Assembly: GCA_023231475.1 (NCBI GenBank) | Contig: JALJEE010002127.1 | Span: 1-35,452, forward strand | DNA: 35,452 nucleotides | Source: Seison nebaliae | Taxonomy: Eukaryota | Direction of reading: 5' to 3' | Shown: positions 24,895 through 35,452 of the stretch, piece after piece | Numbering within the stretch: position 1 is the stretch's first letter | Layout: each line of letters opens with the position of its first letter | Made by a program: the position numbers and the translations under genes | The notes under the pieces: model-generated | The model's database searches: none | Told to the model about the DNA's origin: nothing | The model's input: only the letters and a program-made list of their open reading frames with translations

Positions 24895-25977
24895 TTAGTC
24901 GTCCGATTTCATATCGGCATCGTCATTCTTCGTCATGGAAATGTCTTTTGTGTCGTTCTGACTTTCCGTCTTATCAGTTTCTTCATTTAAATTCGCATTA
25001 ATTCTTGTGATTTTTGTGGGTGACACTTCGCCACATCCACCCGTAGTGGTAGTGGTGGTGGTGTTGTTATTGTTTTTAAAATTATTTTCTACTTTATAAT
25101 GTTTCTCTAATTTGTCGGCGAATTCTTCTAAATTCTTATTATCTACTTCCTCCATCACTTCAGGTGGATAATTTTGATCCTTTAAAATTCCACTTAATCC
25201 TGTCGTTTGAAACGCCGCACAAAAATCAGAGAGAGCATATCGGAAATGTTGAGACATTAAACTGTCTGACGGTTCGTCTTCATTCTCTTTCAATTGTTCT
25301 GGCAACGTCTCTATCACTTCATTCCTTCCATCATCACACATTAAAACTTCATTGACAACATCTCTATTATATGAATCACAGAGATCGATGGATTCCGTTA
25401 ATTTTTTTGGCGATTTCTGTTTTTGTTTTGACGACGATGACGACGACGACTGTTGTTTCGATTCATTCAATTCACTTTTTCCTCCCTCGTTCAAATTGTT
25501 GAGTACGCTACGTAACTCGTTAACATTATTGGCATCGATTCCTGGATCGATTGTTTTCAAGAAATGCATCAACAATGGCGATGGTACTAAATTATTTGAT
25601 GATTTACTTTTGACTGGCATCTCTTCCCCTCTCAACAAAGCCGAAATACTCTTTACCGTTTCCTCATCTTTCTCTTCATCCACTTCCTGCATCCAAAATA
25701 TATACGGTTTCGTCTTCTCAATAAATTTCAAATGGAAGATTCGACCGTTTTTAGCGGAATGAACTGGCAAGAATTCACATTGGTTCGGTAATAAAAACAA
25801 ATCAATTTCGGCCTCTTCTGCCGATCTCTCCCTCCAACAAAAGTGAAGTAGTTGACAATCTTCTTTATACAAATACAAATATCCCCGACGATTGTCCGGC
25901 TTCACCAGATTATCATCTCCCATTTTCATGATTCCCGCTTTCACTTGAATCAGTGGATTGCCCGAAGAAGACTTCAT
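24895..25977 (-). CDS. ADRM1: Proteasomal ubiquitin receptor Rpn13
   Basis: Pru domain (KAG.M...VKPDNRRGYLYL...LLHFCWRER...NGRIFHLKF...IFWMQE) and a C-terminal UCH37-binding region (SQHFRYALSDFCAAFQT). Confidence 0.93.
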   Translation of the reverse strand: MKSSSGNPLIQVKAGIMKMGDDNLVKPDNRRGYLYLYKEDCQLLHFCWRERSAEEAEIDLFLLPNQCEFLPVHSAKNGRIFHLKFIEKTKPYIFWMQEVDEEKDEETVKSISALLRGEEMPVKSKSSNNLVPSPLLMHFLKTIDPGIDANNVNELRSVLNNLNEGGKSELNESKQQSSSSSSSKQKQKSPKKLTESIDLCDSYNRDVVNEVLMCDDGRNEVIETLPEQLKENEDEPSDSLMSQHFRYALSDFCAAFQTTGLSGILKDQNYPPEVMEEVDNKNLEEFADKLEKHYKVENNFKNNNNTTTTTTTGGCGEVSPTKITRINANLNEETDKTESQNDTKDISMTKNDDADMKSDD

Positions 25978-26708
25978 CCTTCCTGAACAGACGAATATGA
26001 CCAGAAAGAAAAATTAAATTTCTATTGCAAATGGAAAAAAATTCATTTTTGGTTAAATCAAAATACGTTTTTTCTTTTTAAACATTTCACATTAATTCAT
26101 GTCAAACAACAATTCAAATTCGATTGGCTAATTTGATACAAATCCAAATTTCATTTTATTCTCATGGAAAAAAGAAAGTCATAAAAATGTAAATACGAAT
26201 AAAATTTAAATCGTTAATTGGTTCAAAATGCGATTAAGAACAAACTAAAGATTTGAAGAGGTCTTTTAAATTTAAGAAGAAATTTAAATTGTTTCAATTT
26301 TTCATTTTCTCTTCTCTCTTATAACTAACAGAAAGTCGGGATTTGCTTGAGATTTCAAGAGACACATCTTTATTTATATATAACAAATTGAGGAAAAAAA
26401 AGATGTTGGATTATAATTTCAACGGAAGGAAAGATGTACAATTTGTTAAATCGACATATCATTTTTATGGGAAAAATAAATTATTTTGAATTTTGATTCT
26501 AGCCTCTGATTTAAAAAGGTAAGCTCATTAACAATAACAATTTTATTTCTAATTATACCCAATTTATTCATCATCTTACAGCCGGATAATTTTGAACAAC
26601 GAATAAATAATAGTTCCAGTCTGTAAGGACATTTTTGTCTTCTCAATTTTTCTATAGATTTTGTCTATATATTTCTACACACTCTACACAATTTTTTTCT
26701 TATAAAAA

Positions 26709-26793
26709 TTTACAGCCCTACCCTGATTCGAACTCGAGCTCTTCACTCGACAAACAAAGTCGATAACGACTGAGCCAGATAATGGGCTGTAAA
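26709..26793 (-). ncRNA. tRNA-like Pol III element (tRNA pseudogene, SINE head or small RNA)
   Basis: On the - strand: A-box TGGCTCAGTCG (26777-26767), B-box GTTCGAATC (26733-26725), hairpin TCGAC-TTTGTTT-GTCGA, a 10-bp terminal stem TTTACAGCCC/GGGCTGTAAA, then a T5 run. D- and T-stems are imperfect. Confidence 0.6.
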
Positions 26794-27059
26794 GGGTTAA
26801 GAGAAGCATCATCAAATTTAATATTTTCTTGATAAGCTCTACAAGTTTTAGTCAATGTCAACCTACGTTCTTTGCTATCCATCTTCTTGGTAATAATTGA
26901 GATACTGAATGTCTTGATGGTTGATGAATGAATACATTTTAACGTGTATCATTATGAAACTTAACTGTTAATGAAGAATTTTTATTTCGATTATTTCTGC
27001 GAGTTTCGATTAATAACAATAAAGAGGTAATTAAATAATTTAAAGAAATATACGTTGTA

Positions 27060-28667
27060 TAATTATTCTGTTATTGATGGGTAAATTGTAGAATAATTTT
27101 GGTTAATTAGAATCTGATTAGACATGTTGAATAAATTACATAAAAATAAATTGATATTCTTACGTGTCGACTTTTTGAATGGAAAAGGTATTTGTCGATT
27201 TTCCCATATCTTGATTTGCTACAACGCTGCCCTCTACTGATTGCAACTTGATAGTTGGTTCATGCGACGGTGTTTCATTATCACCACATGAACACATATA
27301 ACAAAGTACTATTTAAATTAAACTAAGTTTAAGGTGTGAATGAAATAACTTGCCAGCATGACTATAGAAGCAATAGTTGACCAATAGACCCATTTGGGTA
27401 CCGATGTATAATCTAGACCTTTTGTTACTTGAATCTCTGCCACTGAAAAATCTAAAATGAATAAATAATATAATTCAATCAAAAACATAATAATATTCCA
27501 TCATAATTCCTGATAACCATAAGACTTGACTTTTAATGACGATGCGAGAGCTTTAAACTGATCCATTACTTTTTCCATTAACGTCTCGTCTGTTAAATTA
27601 TTCTCTCTCATTTTTTCAGAAAAAGTTTCATTCCCAATTTTGAATTTGTATGAATAGCCAATATTATATTGTACATTTCCGGTATGTGGGAGAAATTTGG
27701 CTTTTACTCTACCTTTCTTCGTTCCTAAAACGTTTTGGTAACTTTTCAACATATATCTCTCAAACTGATTATTAGACGAATGAATATATTGAAATTGGAT
27801 TAACTGGCATCACTGAACGATGTTGATTCAAATCTGTTGTCTCCATAATAACTCTTTGTTTTAGGCGGAGCACATTCAGTACCGATGATTTTGTGAAACT
27901 CAATATTTTTTTTAATTTGCTCTGATAATTTGGAATTTGAGATAATTTCAATTAATCGAAAATAATCTAACCCAAAAACTAGAGTGAGGAATCTCCTAGA
28001 AAAAGATGGGAAATTATAAATTAAGTAATTTTTACAAGGTTGAAAATACTTTCAGAATCTTATATTGAAAACTTTCGGTTTTATTTGTGATCGGTTCCTT
28101 CCCGGATTTAAAATTGATTCCAATTGCACAACTAGTATCTTGTGGAACTTTAAATTTGAAATGCTTCTCAATTACCTTAATAAATACTTTTAAATCCTTT
28201 CTTCTATTTATGTTCAATATTAAAAGAACTTGATAAAGATTTCGTATTTGGAAACTTTTCCTCCCACAAACTTGTATTCAAATACTTTTCCACATATGTT
28301 CGATAACATTTCGGAGATTCACCTTCATTCACAAATACTTTGTGCTCTAGAACTGTATTCGCCTTAGCTATTTTGTAGGTTGTATGTCTAACGCCGAAGA
28401 GATGTCTTTTAAACGGAAATTAAATATTATTCGAAAATTTCAAAAGAAACATTAATTCGCAATGTTCTATAAACTCCCTTGAATTTGTTATACATTTAAA
28501 CTGACCATCATTTAACATACGATAACGAATTCGTATGACTTCATACTCTTTAGTAGATGTTATATCTTTAAACCCTAATTGAATTAAAAGAAAAAACAAA
28601 AAATATTTTTCCACTGTCAATTGTCGTATCGAATATTTTATAAATGTTATAATGATGTTAACTTACT
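27060..28667 (-). CDS. Multi-exon type I membrane protein of unknown function (3' end approximate)
   Basis: Signal peptide MEKYFLFFLLIQLG; ORF-track fragments 28420-28620, 28032-28217 and 27501-27752 are separated by short intron-like gaps; spliced TM WVYWSTIASIVMLAILCYMCSC near 27400-27280. Not all junctions were resolved. Confidence 0.55.
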
Positions 28668-28854
28668 AGGTCTGTAACGACGAAGTTTAGGATAAATTTG
28701 ATAAAAAATAAAGAACTGAAATTGAAAATTTTAAAAAAATTAAAATGAAACTTTCACTTGTCTAATTTCAATTGGACGTATTAATAAATAAGTTTAATCG
28801 AACAACATCAGATACAAAGACTGTCTTCCTCCTCTAGCATCTAATCACGGTCTT

Positions 28855-29030
28855 TTCCTCACCCAATATCAAATTTCCAAAATTAGCAGCTAAATGGTCG
28901 TTTCTTCACCCTCTTCAACGGTGATTTCTTCACCCACTTTTTTCAATATGGAAATTTCCTCACCCTATTGTCTATTAAATGGAAATTTCCTAACCCATTT
29001 CTGTATAAAATGGAAATTTTCTTAAACTCT
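28855..29030. repeat. Degenerate ~31-bp repeats with core ATGGAAATTTCCT(C/A)ACCC
   Basis: Three cores near 28948, 28979 and 29010, plus shorter TT(C/T)TCACCC-type copies upstream. Confidence 0.55.
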
Positions 29031-29105
29031 TAAATTTTTATGAAAAAAATTAAGAAATGGTAATGGGTTAAAAAAAGAGAAGAGAAGATAGAAAGGAAAT
29101 TAAAT

Positions 29106-30050
29106 TTAGATTTGTTCTCCAAAATCCTTAATGAATTCGGTTGTTCGTTGAAGGTCTTCATCGATATATCTTTTTCTTCGGAATAATTTCATATGTTGTC
29201 GCAACTGTTCTGGTGTTCTCATATAACCAGCTAGCTCATTATATTGAAGGTGAAAATTGTACCAAAAATGATTCTTGCGCAAATCTGTTCTTGTAAACTG
29301 ACTAAGAATTTTCATATATCGTCTCTGTTCATTTTGATTCCACCATCGTTTGGTGTTCGGTTTAATGTCAGTGAGTTTTGGACAAATGTCTCGTTGGGTT
29401 GGTAGTGCTTTCTCCTCCTTCAATACCTCAAATTTCGTGCAGTTCGTCCTTTGTGCATTGTCTACTTTTCGTTTCTTTGTAGCAATCGGATGTTCCATTT
29501 TTTTAACACTCTCAAAGTTTTCCTTGTTCCTTTTCTTATTTGAATAATTTTCTTGTTCTTCATTTGAATTTCTCGATTGATTATCTTGTGGAGTTTCAAT
29601 AAATTTTTCTTCATCTTTTTCGTTATCTTGTCCAGTTTCCATAAGTTTTTCGTCCTTTTCGTTATCTTGTCCAGTTTCGATAAGTTTTTCCTCATCTCGA
29701 TTTTCTTCTGGAGTTTTGACAACTTTTTCCTCATCTCGATTTTCTTCTGGAGTTTCGACAACTTTTTCTTCTTCTTGATTCTCTGGGAGATTTTCTTGTT
29801 TTACTATTTTTTCTTCAGCGACTACGAAACTCTCTTCTAATATTAACTCGTTGACAAACTTTTCATAACGTTGCTCCAAATTCTCCTCGAAATTATCTTT
29901 CGGTCGGCTTAGACATCCCATTTTGCTATTCTTTGCTCTATTATTCTGTTCTAACATAATTCGTTCAATATTCGAATCCAGTTCAACAAGAAACTTCATT
30001 TGTCGATGTAAGCGCGTCAATGTTCTTTTCAATTCATTAGTATTCGACAT
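29106..30050 (-). CDS. Protein with N-terminal coiled coil, acidic 13-aa repeats and C-terminal Myb/SANT-like domain
   Basis: Intronless, 314 aa from ATG 30050. The C-terminus RWWNQNEQ...HFWYNF...MRTPEQLRQHMKLFRRK fits the W-x-x-x-E / W / RT-x-x-QL pattern of Myb/SANT-like domains; KKRK NLS-like motif. Confidence 0.65.
   Translation of the reverse strand: MSNTNELKRTLTRLHRQMKFLVELDSNIERIMLEQNNRAKNSKMGCLSRPKDNFEENLEQRYEKFVNELILEESFVVAEEKIVKQENLPENQEEEKVVETPEENRDEEKVVKTPEENRDEEKLIETGQDNEKDEKLMETGQDNEKDEEKFIETPQDNQSRNSNEEQENYSNKKRNKENFESVKKMEHPIATKKRKVDNAQRTNCTKFEVLKEEKALPTQRDICPKLTDIKPNTKRWWNQNEQRRYMKILSQFTRTDLRKNHFWYNFHLQYNELAGYMRTPEQLRQHMKLFRRKRYIDEDLQRTTEFIKDFGEQI
29577..29773 (-). repeat. 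Coding tandem repeat, ~39 bp / 13 aa, about 5 copies
   Basis: EEKVVETPEENRD, EEKVVKTPEENRD, EEKLIETGQDNEKD, EKLMETGQDNEKD, EEKFIETPQDNQ. Confidence 0.85.
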
Positions 30051-31679
30051 CAATATTACACTGAAGGATGACGTTACTTAACATAAATTTTAGGAATGAT
30101 TTATACTCTCCGTTTTATCTACTAAAAACTATTTCTCTAATTGTTAGATTGGTAAGCTTCAATTTGAAGATGATGGGTAATATAAATATTCGAATTTCTG
30201 AACAGTTTCGAAAGATTTCAATTTTATCTTAATTGAACTGATGAAGTGGCTGAGCGCCTGTATTGAAAGAGGTTTGATGGAGAGAAAAGTTTATTCGATA
30301 AAGTTAGCTTAGCTGATCGTTACTAAGTAACGGAAAATAATAAAATAATGGTAACGGTTATTAGTATTATATTATATATCGTTTATTTTAATATATTAGT
30401 AATATAATATTATTATCGTCCATCCGTCCATTTCGATTCCCAAAGTCGACCGATAATTTCTTTCGTCGGTCGCACGACCATATCTATAAAAAAGAAATAA
30501 AATAAATTATTTTCATTCATTAAAAAACTAACTGCTTCAAAATTTTCACATTTTCGACTGGTTCGAAAGAATAGAACATATAAACGGGGGAAGAAAAGTC
30601 CAAGAAATAGAATTGATGAACGAATTGTCAATTTATTCAATTAGTCCACAAAATTTCCGGAAACATTGTTTCAAAGCCGCTGTTGAACACATGGAATCGA
30701 TGAAACACATCGGATGAAAAATTCGCAAATATGTTCTTTGGAGGCAAAGTCCTGCTATGAATACTTCGAAAGAACTTACATAGGCTACCGGAGCATGGGA
30801 GATTTCACAATTCCGTGCTATCAGTTATAGACAAATTATAATCGTGTAGCCTTCGTCGGCCCAACAATGACAATGAAAGCGGTAACTACTAAATCACATG
30901 GGTCTAATCAAAACAGAACGATTAATTGTAAATAAGTTTAATTTTGACCCAATGACATTTCAGCGGACAAGTAATGGAGAAACAGGAAGAATGCTGAAGA
31001 CTAACAAGACTTGTAAGTCCGAGAACAGAAGATTAGGAAAATCGGTGACGAATTTAAATTGAGCACTTAATTAGGATTTGTTTTCCTATTAACTATCCTA
31101 AATTACTATCTTTTGGAAGCTTCTGGAAAACTATTAAATATGAACAGAAAAAACTTAAAGTAATCTGACACTTTTAGGATTTTATAAAATAGACCATAAC
31201 TATTTTTTATAGTATACATAGAGGTATATAGTATTAGGTTATACCTATATATTATACATAATATACTATATTGTTAATTTAATTTTTTTAATAGCACCAA
31301 TAGAGTGTAGTGAGCATCTATGAGCAAGGAGTCATTAAGTTTGCTCATTTACTCACGTTTGCTCGTTAATGATCTAAACGTTTAAGTTTTCGAAAAAAGG
31401 CTTATATCGTCAATACATGCCATATCATGTAAATTTCATTTATATAATTCATTGTCTACTATTTCAAAGCACTACTTTAAATCCAGAAAGATTTGTTATT
31501 TTTCATTTAAGCATATAATCTTTATTTTTTGAAAGTTTTTAATAAACATATTTATGTTAAAAATTAGCCATGTTTTAATCGGTCTAATGATTAATAAACA
31601 TTTTCTATATAATTTTTTTTCGCAGAACTATTATCCTAATTATATTCATATTCCAACTAACAACATAAACCATTGAAAT

Positions 31680-32147
31680 ATGAAGAACAAAAACGGGGAT
31701 AAATGGATAATGTTCACCAATGAATCAGATTTCATCAAATTATCACCAGACAAAATGGCAGAGCAATTGTATTTATTAAATTTCGACAACACTTTTCTTC
31801 GGAAGGATTTGGAAGCCGCGAAAAAAGAAATTTTCGAATTGTCAGAGTTAATAGTACCATCAGCTAGAAAAGTAAAATATTTCGATTATAAATATATCAC
31901 AAAATCAGAAGAAGTAAATGTCGGTCAGAAAAAGTCTTTGAATTTAGAGGGAAAAGATCCCGAAATGGTAAAATTAAATGCAACTAACATTCAATTGAAC
32001 GAAGAAGTGGAATATCTACAAAAGGTAATAAAGAATTTGAGATGTGAATTAAATAATAGTTATATCCAACACAGCAATATGATGACTCGTTTCCATTACA
32101 TGAAATCCAGTTTAGCAGTGGAAAAACTTCGAAATAAAAGTGATTGA
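31680..32147 (+). CDS. Small uncharacterised coiled-coil protein (155 aa)
   Basis: ATG-initiated ORF in very AT-rich flanks with two heptad-like segments; AATAAA near 32240. Confidence 0.6.
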   Translation: MKNKNGDKWIMFTNESDFIKLSPDKMAEQLYLLNFDNTFLRKDLEAAKKEIFELSELIVPSARKVKYFDYKYITKSEEVNVGQKKSLNLEGKDPEMVKLNATNIQLNEEVEYLQKVIKNLRCELNNSYIQHSNMMTRFHYMKSSLAVEKLRNKSD

Positions 32148-32888
32148 TATTGGCTATTATTCACTCATTATTTTGTTACAATTAAGATATGATAACAATT
32201 CTTTTTAAATGTATAAATATATATATATTATATATGCTCAATAAAGTTTTTCTGTTCTTATTATTTATTTCGTAATCTACATAACTCCAGTTTTTTATTG
32301 AACGTTAATTTAAACAATATATAAGAAGATAGTACAAGCGCGATATAAAAGTTCTACACATTTTGGTATTATACCAAGCCGCTATCCCCTTTTAGAGAAG
32401 TAGTGTGCTTAATGGCGATTCTGGGAAAAGAACTGATCATAATAGTATTATTTTGAGAGCAATTATGAAGGGAGAAGACTATAATTACTTACCAAAAACT
32501 TGATATTTTTGATAGTTATACTTGTATTATTAAAGAATATTATTAAAGACCTAAAATTTTAGATTCAATAAACTACTTATTATCAATAAATAAGACACTA
32601 AAGATAACTGTTAAACAAATAAATAATGTAATAAATAATTTCTTTAATTAATTATGCTAGTTTTAAAAGATTATGTGAAAAAACTAATTAATTTAACAAG
32701 CCGTTACTAGGCAATTTTCAACAATATAAAACTATTAAAAACTGGTATTATTGTTGTTGTTAGAAAAAGAAATAAAACATATCTTGAACAATTGTTCATT
32801 AAAATAAGAAAAGAACGGTAGAAATTGAGCATAGAAATTTTTAAATAAGACGTACATTTTTTGCGCTTGAAATTTTTTGTGAAAGAAA

Positions 32889-33374
32889 ATGTTTCTTGCT
32901 GTTCACAATGATGGAGATGTGAAGAGTCATCGATCTCCTGGTGTATCAAAAGGTCGAAGTCAAGGTACCAACCGTGTAATCTACACCGTTTGTTGTGTAT
33001 TCCTTCTGGTTCTTGGAATTATTATCATCGGTATCGATTCATATTTATTTGATAAATACGAGGCGGTGGTTAGCGGATATCTTTATGCTGATTGTGTAAC
33101 CGAAATCATTATCAGTTTAATAATGATTTCCGTTGGTATTGTTGGATTAATTATGATCTATGCAAATGCCGAAATCAATAAAACGGTAGTAGCAATTTTT
33201 AATGTTCTATTATTGGGCACAATCCTGATTCGCGTTGGAATGTTAGTTATGACTGTTGTTTTCTACGAGAAGCATAGTGAAGAATATAAGTGCTATATTT
33301 CGGTTACAGTGTTACTTGGAATTGCGGCTGGTTTTCTTATTGGAATGTTGTTCCAAAATTTAAATAGCAAATAA
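32889..33374 (+). CDS. Four-transmembrane, tetraspanin-like protein (161 aa)
   Basis: Four hydrophobic helices with tetraspanin-like TM1-TM3 spacing (LGIIIIGI; IMISVGIVG; E.NK...FNVLLL), but no large extracellular loop. Confidence 0.7.
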   Translation: MFLAVHNDGDVKSHRSPGVSKGRSQGTNRVIYTVCCVFLLVLGIIIIGIDSYLFDKYEAVVSGYLYADCVTEIIISLIMISVGIVGLIMIYANAEINKTVVAIFNVLLLGTILIRVGMLVMTVVFYEKHSEEYKCYISVTVLLGIAAGFLIGMLFQNLNSK

Positions 33375-33517
33375 TCTCTCTGATTGCTCTGTATTTTCAT
33401 TAACTGTTTTCCATTGATATTTCATGATATGTGAAAAAAATGTTTTTTAAATAAAACTACTTTATGAAACATCTAATTAATTCATGAAATACTTTTTATT
33501 TAAAATCCGGATTCCTA

Positions 33518-34650
33518 ATTTATTTATGTATTTATTTAAAGAAAGAAAGAAAGAAAGAAAAAAAATATAAAATAAATCTGTAAATTCCCATACAAGGACA
33601 ATTCAAACGGCATTCTCGAGGAGAATCCTCAGAGCGCTAGACTGATTTGTTTCTATCAGGGTTTTGGCAGAATTTAAGATGGGTACCTGTTCATCACGTA
33701 ACCGAGACACTGATGAGAAGGAGAAGATGAAGTCACGAAATTCAGTATTAAGAGGTGAGTTGTTTATTGAATAATATATGATGGAATGATTCGATGTGAT
33801 ACAACGTTGAATGAGCAGCCGATAACTCGACGGACGATGTTGTTGCAAGTTCGGTCCATTCTGAGGAATGAGCTGTTGGAGACGAATAATAGTCAGTCGA
33901 TAATGAGCTGACGAATTCGGATTGAGAGTGGAAGATACTTCGATCGTGTTGCGAATGAGAATGATGCACGGACGAATTTATTTCGGATGTGATCGAGTGA
34001 GGCGGATGTCACCATTCTGGAATCGAGAAGAACTCCTAGGAACGTATGATTTGAGGCAGGAGAAAGAGAGATATTCCTCAGGAGAGAGGGAGTTGTGGAA
34101 AGGACAACAATTTTCGTCGAATTTATCTTAATTGACACTTCTGAATCTGTACTCTTTCACGAATTCGAATGAGTTGTCGTGGAGAAGTAGCAAATGAGAA
34201 TGCCGTCAGCGTATGCGAATGCTTCGGGAATTCGCATGTCGTTAATGTTGTTGTTGTAAAGTTCATTCATTGTCCCAGGATGGAACCTTGTCTGACGCCA
34301 TTGTTGGCTAGGAAAGGAGTTCCCAGAGTATACCAACACGATGGAAAAGAAACATAATTGACGGAGAAAACGCAAAACTATATTTGGTGTCACCTAGCTG
34401 CTATGGAGGAGAAAGCCGGTATCACGTCAATGGAATCGAAAGCTTTCGATGAATCGAGGAGCAACACGTGTAATTGTGCGCGTTGTGCTCGAGCTTCGAA
34501 GAATAATGAGTGGAATATGATAAAAATCGGATGAATGCGAACGGCGAACGTCTCTCTTCACAACATTGCACAAGTTTCAGACAGATCCCGTCGATGCAGT
34601 GGGCCTTGTTACTTCCTGAAGAGTTGATCGCATTAGAAATTTTAAGGACT
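33518..34650 (-). mobile_element. 5'-truncated, frameshifted non-LTR retrotransposon (LINE) reverse transcriptase relic
   Basis: RT motifs in correct order across shifting frames: KAHCIDGI, LDSSKAFDSID (~34455-34426), NGVRQGSILG (~34300-34275), FAYADG (decayed YADD) and FLGVLLDSRM. An (AAAT)n-like tail lies at ~33538-33518. Confidence 0.85.
33538..33563. repeat. (GAAA)n microsatellite
   Basis: AAAGAAAGAAAGAAAGAAAGAAAAAA at the 3' end of the LINE relic. Confidence 0.8.
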
Positions 34651-34806
34651 ATCATAATATATGGTAAACTTGAAAAGCCCAAATTTCCGTTTGGAAATTT
34701 TAAAAACTCCGGTTATAAAACCGTTTAGAGTAGAAATAATTTAATTTGCGTTGCACGTGTTTAAAGCGGACTGATTAGTAATCATCATTTATTGAAAAAA
34801 TTAAAG

Positions 34807-35433
34807 ATGGGAAAAGCAAAACCTCTTAATAATTATGAAAAATGCGTTATTGATGGATTGGTGTCAGAAAATGAGTCCGTCGTGGATATTGGGCGAAAAA
34901 TGGGCAGAAGCAGGATGGTAATTTATAATTATTTGAACAATGAGGAGAACTACGGAAACAATATGAAAAAAACCGGAAGGAAACGAAAAAGTTCTCCTTG
35001 AACAGATCGAATGATTATGAGGGAGGCCTCAAAAGAGGGATCAACGTCGTCTAAAATTCGCTCCAGTTTAAATTTATCATTAGGGAAGACGATGATTTGT
35101 CAGAGAATTAGCGAAGAGAATTGCGATTACTGGCACGATCTAAGAAAAGAACCTAAAATTTTCGGCAAATTCGAATATGGATCCCGGAAGGGGATTATGG
35201 TGTGTTTCGCAGTGTGGTTCGATGGTCTTTTCGATATCATTTTTTTCCGAAATGGAGGAAGAAGCAGAGAGAGTAAGAAGGGAGGAAATACCGGATGTAT
35301 TATTGAGGAAGTCGATATATCGGTTCTTAAAAAGTTGTTCTTTTCTGTTCTAAAAATGAAAGTCGACCAACCCCAAAAGAAAATAAAAAATTTCAAAAAT
35401 AAATTAATTTTCAGAAACTTCCGTCATAAGTAG
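34807..35433 (+). mobile_element. Decayed Tc1/mariner (Tc3-like) transposase
   Basis: Tc3-type paired HTH (MGKAKPL...IGRKMGRSRMVIYNYL..ENYG...GRKRK), an in-frame TGA at 34999-35001, a second HTH (IMREAS...SKIRSSLNL) and YWHDLRKEPKIF...IMV. Most of the DDE core is deleted. Confidence 0.85.
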
Positions 35434-35452
35434 ATATCTATATCTATAGTCA

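Noticed and set aside
25352..25762. 136-aa + strand ORF, and similar short antisense or alternate-frame ORFs inside long genes
   Set aside because: Shadow ORFs of ADRM1, the myosin and the repeat gene, with no independent motifs.
30600..30900. Helitron/PIF1 helicase relic (FFGGKVLL; RKHCFKA)
   Set aside because: The short matches are in different frames, surrounded by stops, and lack the GDxxQ motif; support is insufficient.
31310..31356. Small hairpin ATGAGCAA/TTGCTCAT with flanking GTGAG/CTCAC
   Set aside because: Short enough to arise by chance, with no other supporting signal.
34650..35452. Terminal inverted repeats of the Tc3-like element
   Set aside because: No matching pair is visible within the window; the right end may be deleted or lie outside it.

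Overview
AT-rich, gene-dense eukaryotic (animal) genomic DNA with very short introns (about 37-64 bp), most with GTT-type 5' splice sites. The first ~26 kb carries tRNA-Lys(UUU), GPATCH3, an intronless 684-aa orphan, a 29-bp tandem array beside a strongly structured ~167-nt element, a single-BIR (survivin/IAP-like) gene, a ~9.3-kb multi-exon gene for a giant type I membrane protein made of Cys-containing lamin-tail-domain-like repeats, a mitochondrial ornithine carrier (SLC25A15-like), a very divergent myosin XVIII with a degraded partial duplicate upstream, and ADRM1/Rpn13. The last ~9 kb holds lineage-specific genes (a type I membrane protein whose ATG appears split by an intron, a Myb/SANT-like protein, a coiled-coil ORF, a tetraspanin-like 4-TM protein), a tRNA-like Pol III element, a decayed non-LTR retrotransposon and a decayed Tc3-like transposase. 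The genome looks like a compact invertebrate one, but I cannot establish the species. All family calls come from motif recognition by eye; no searches were run.
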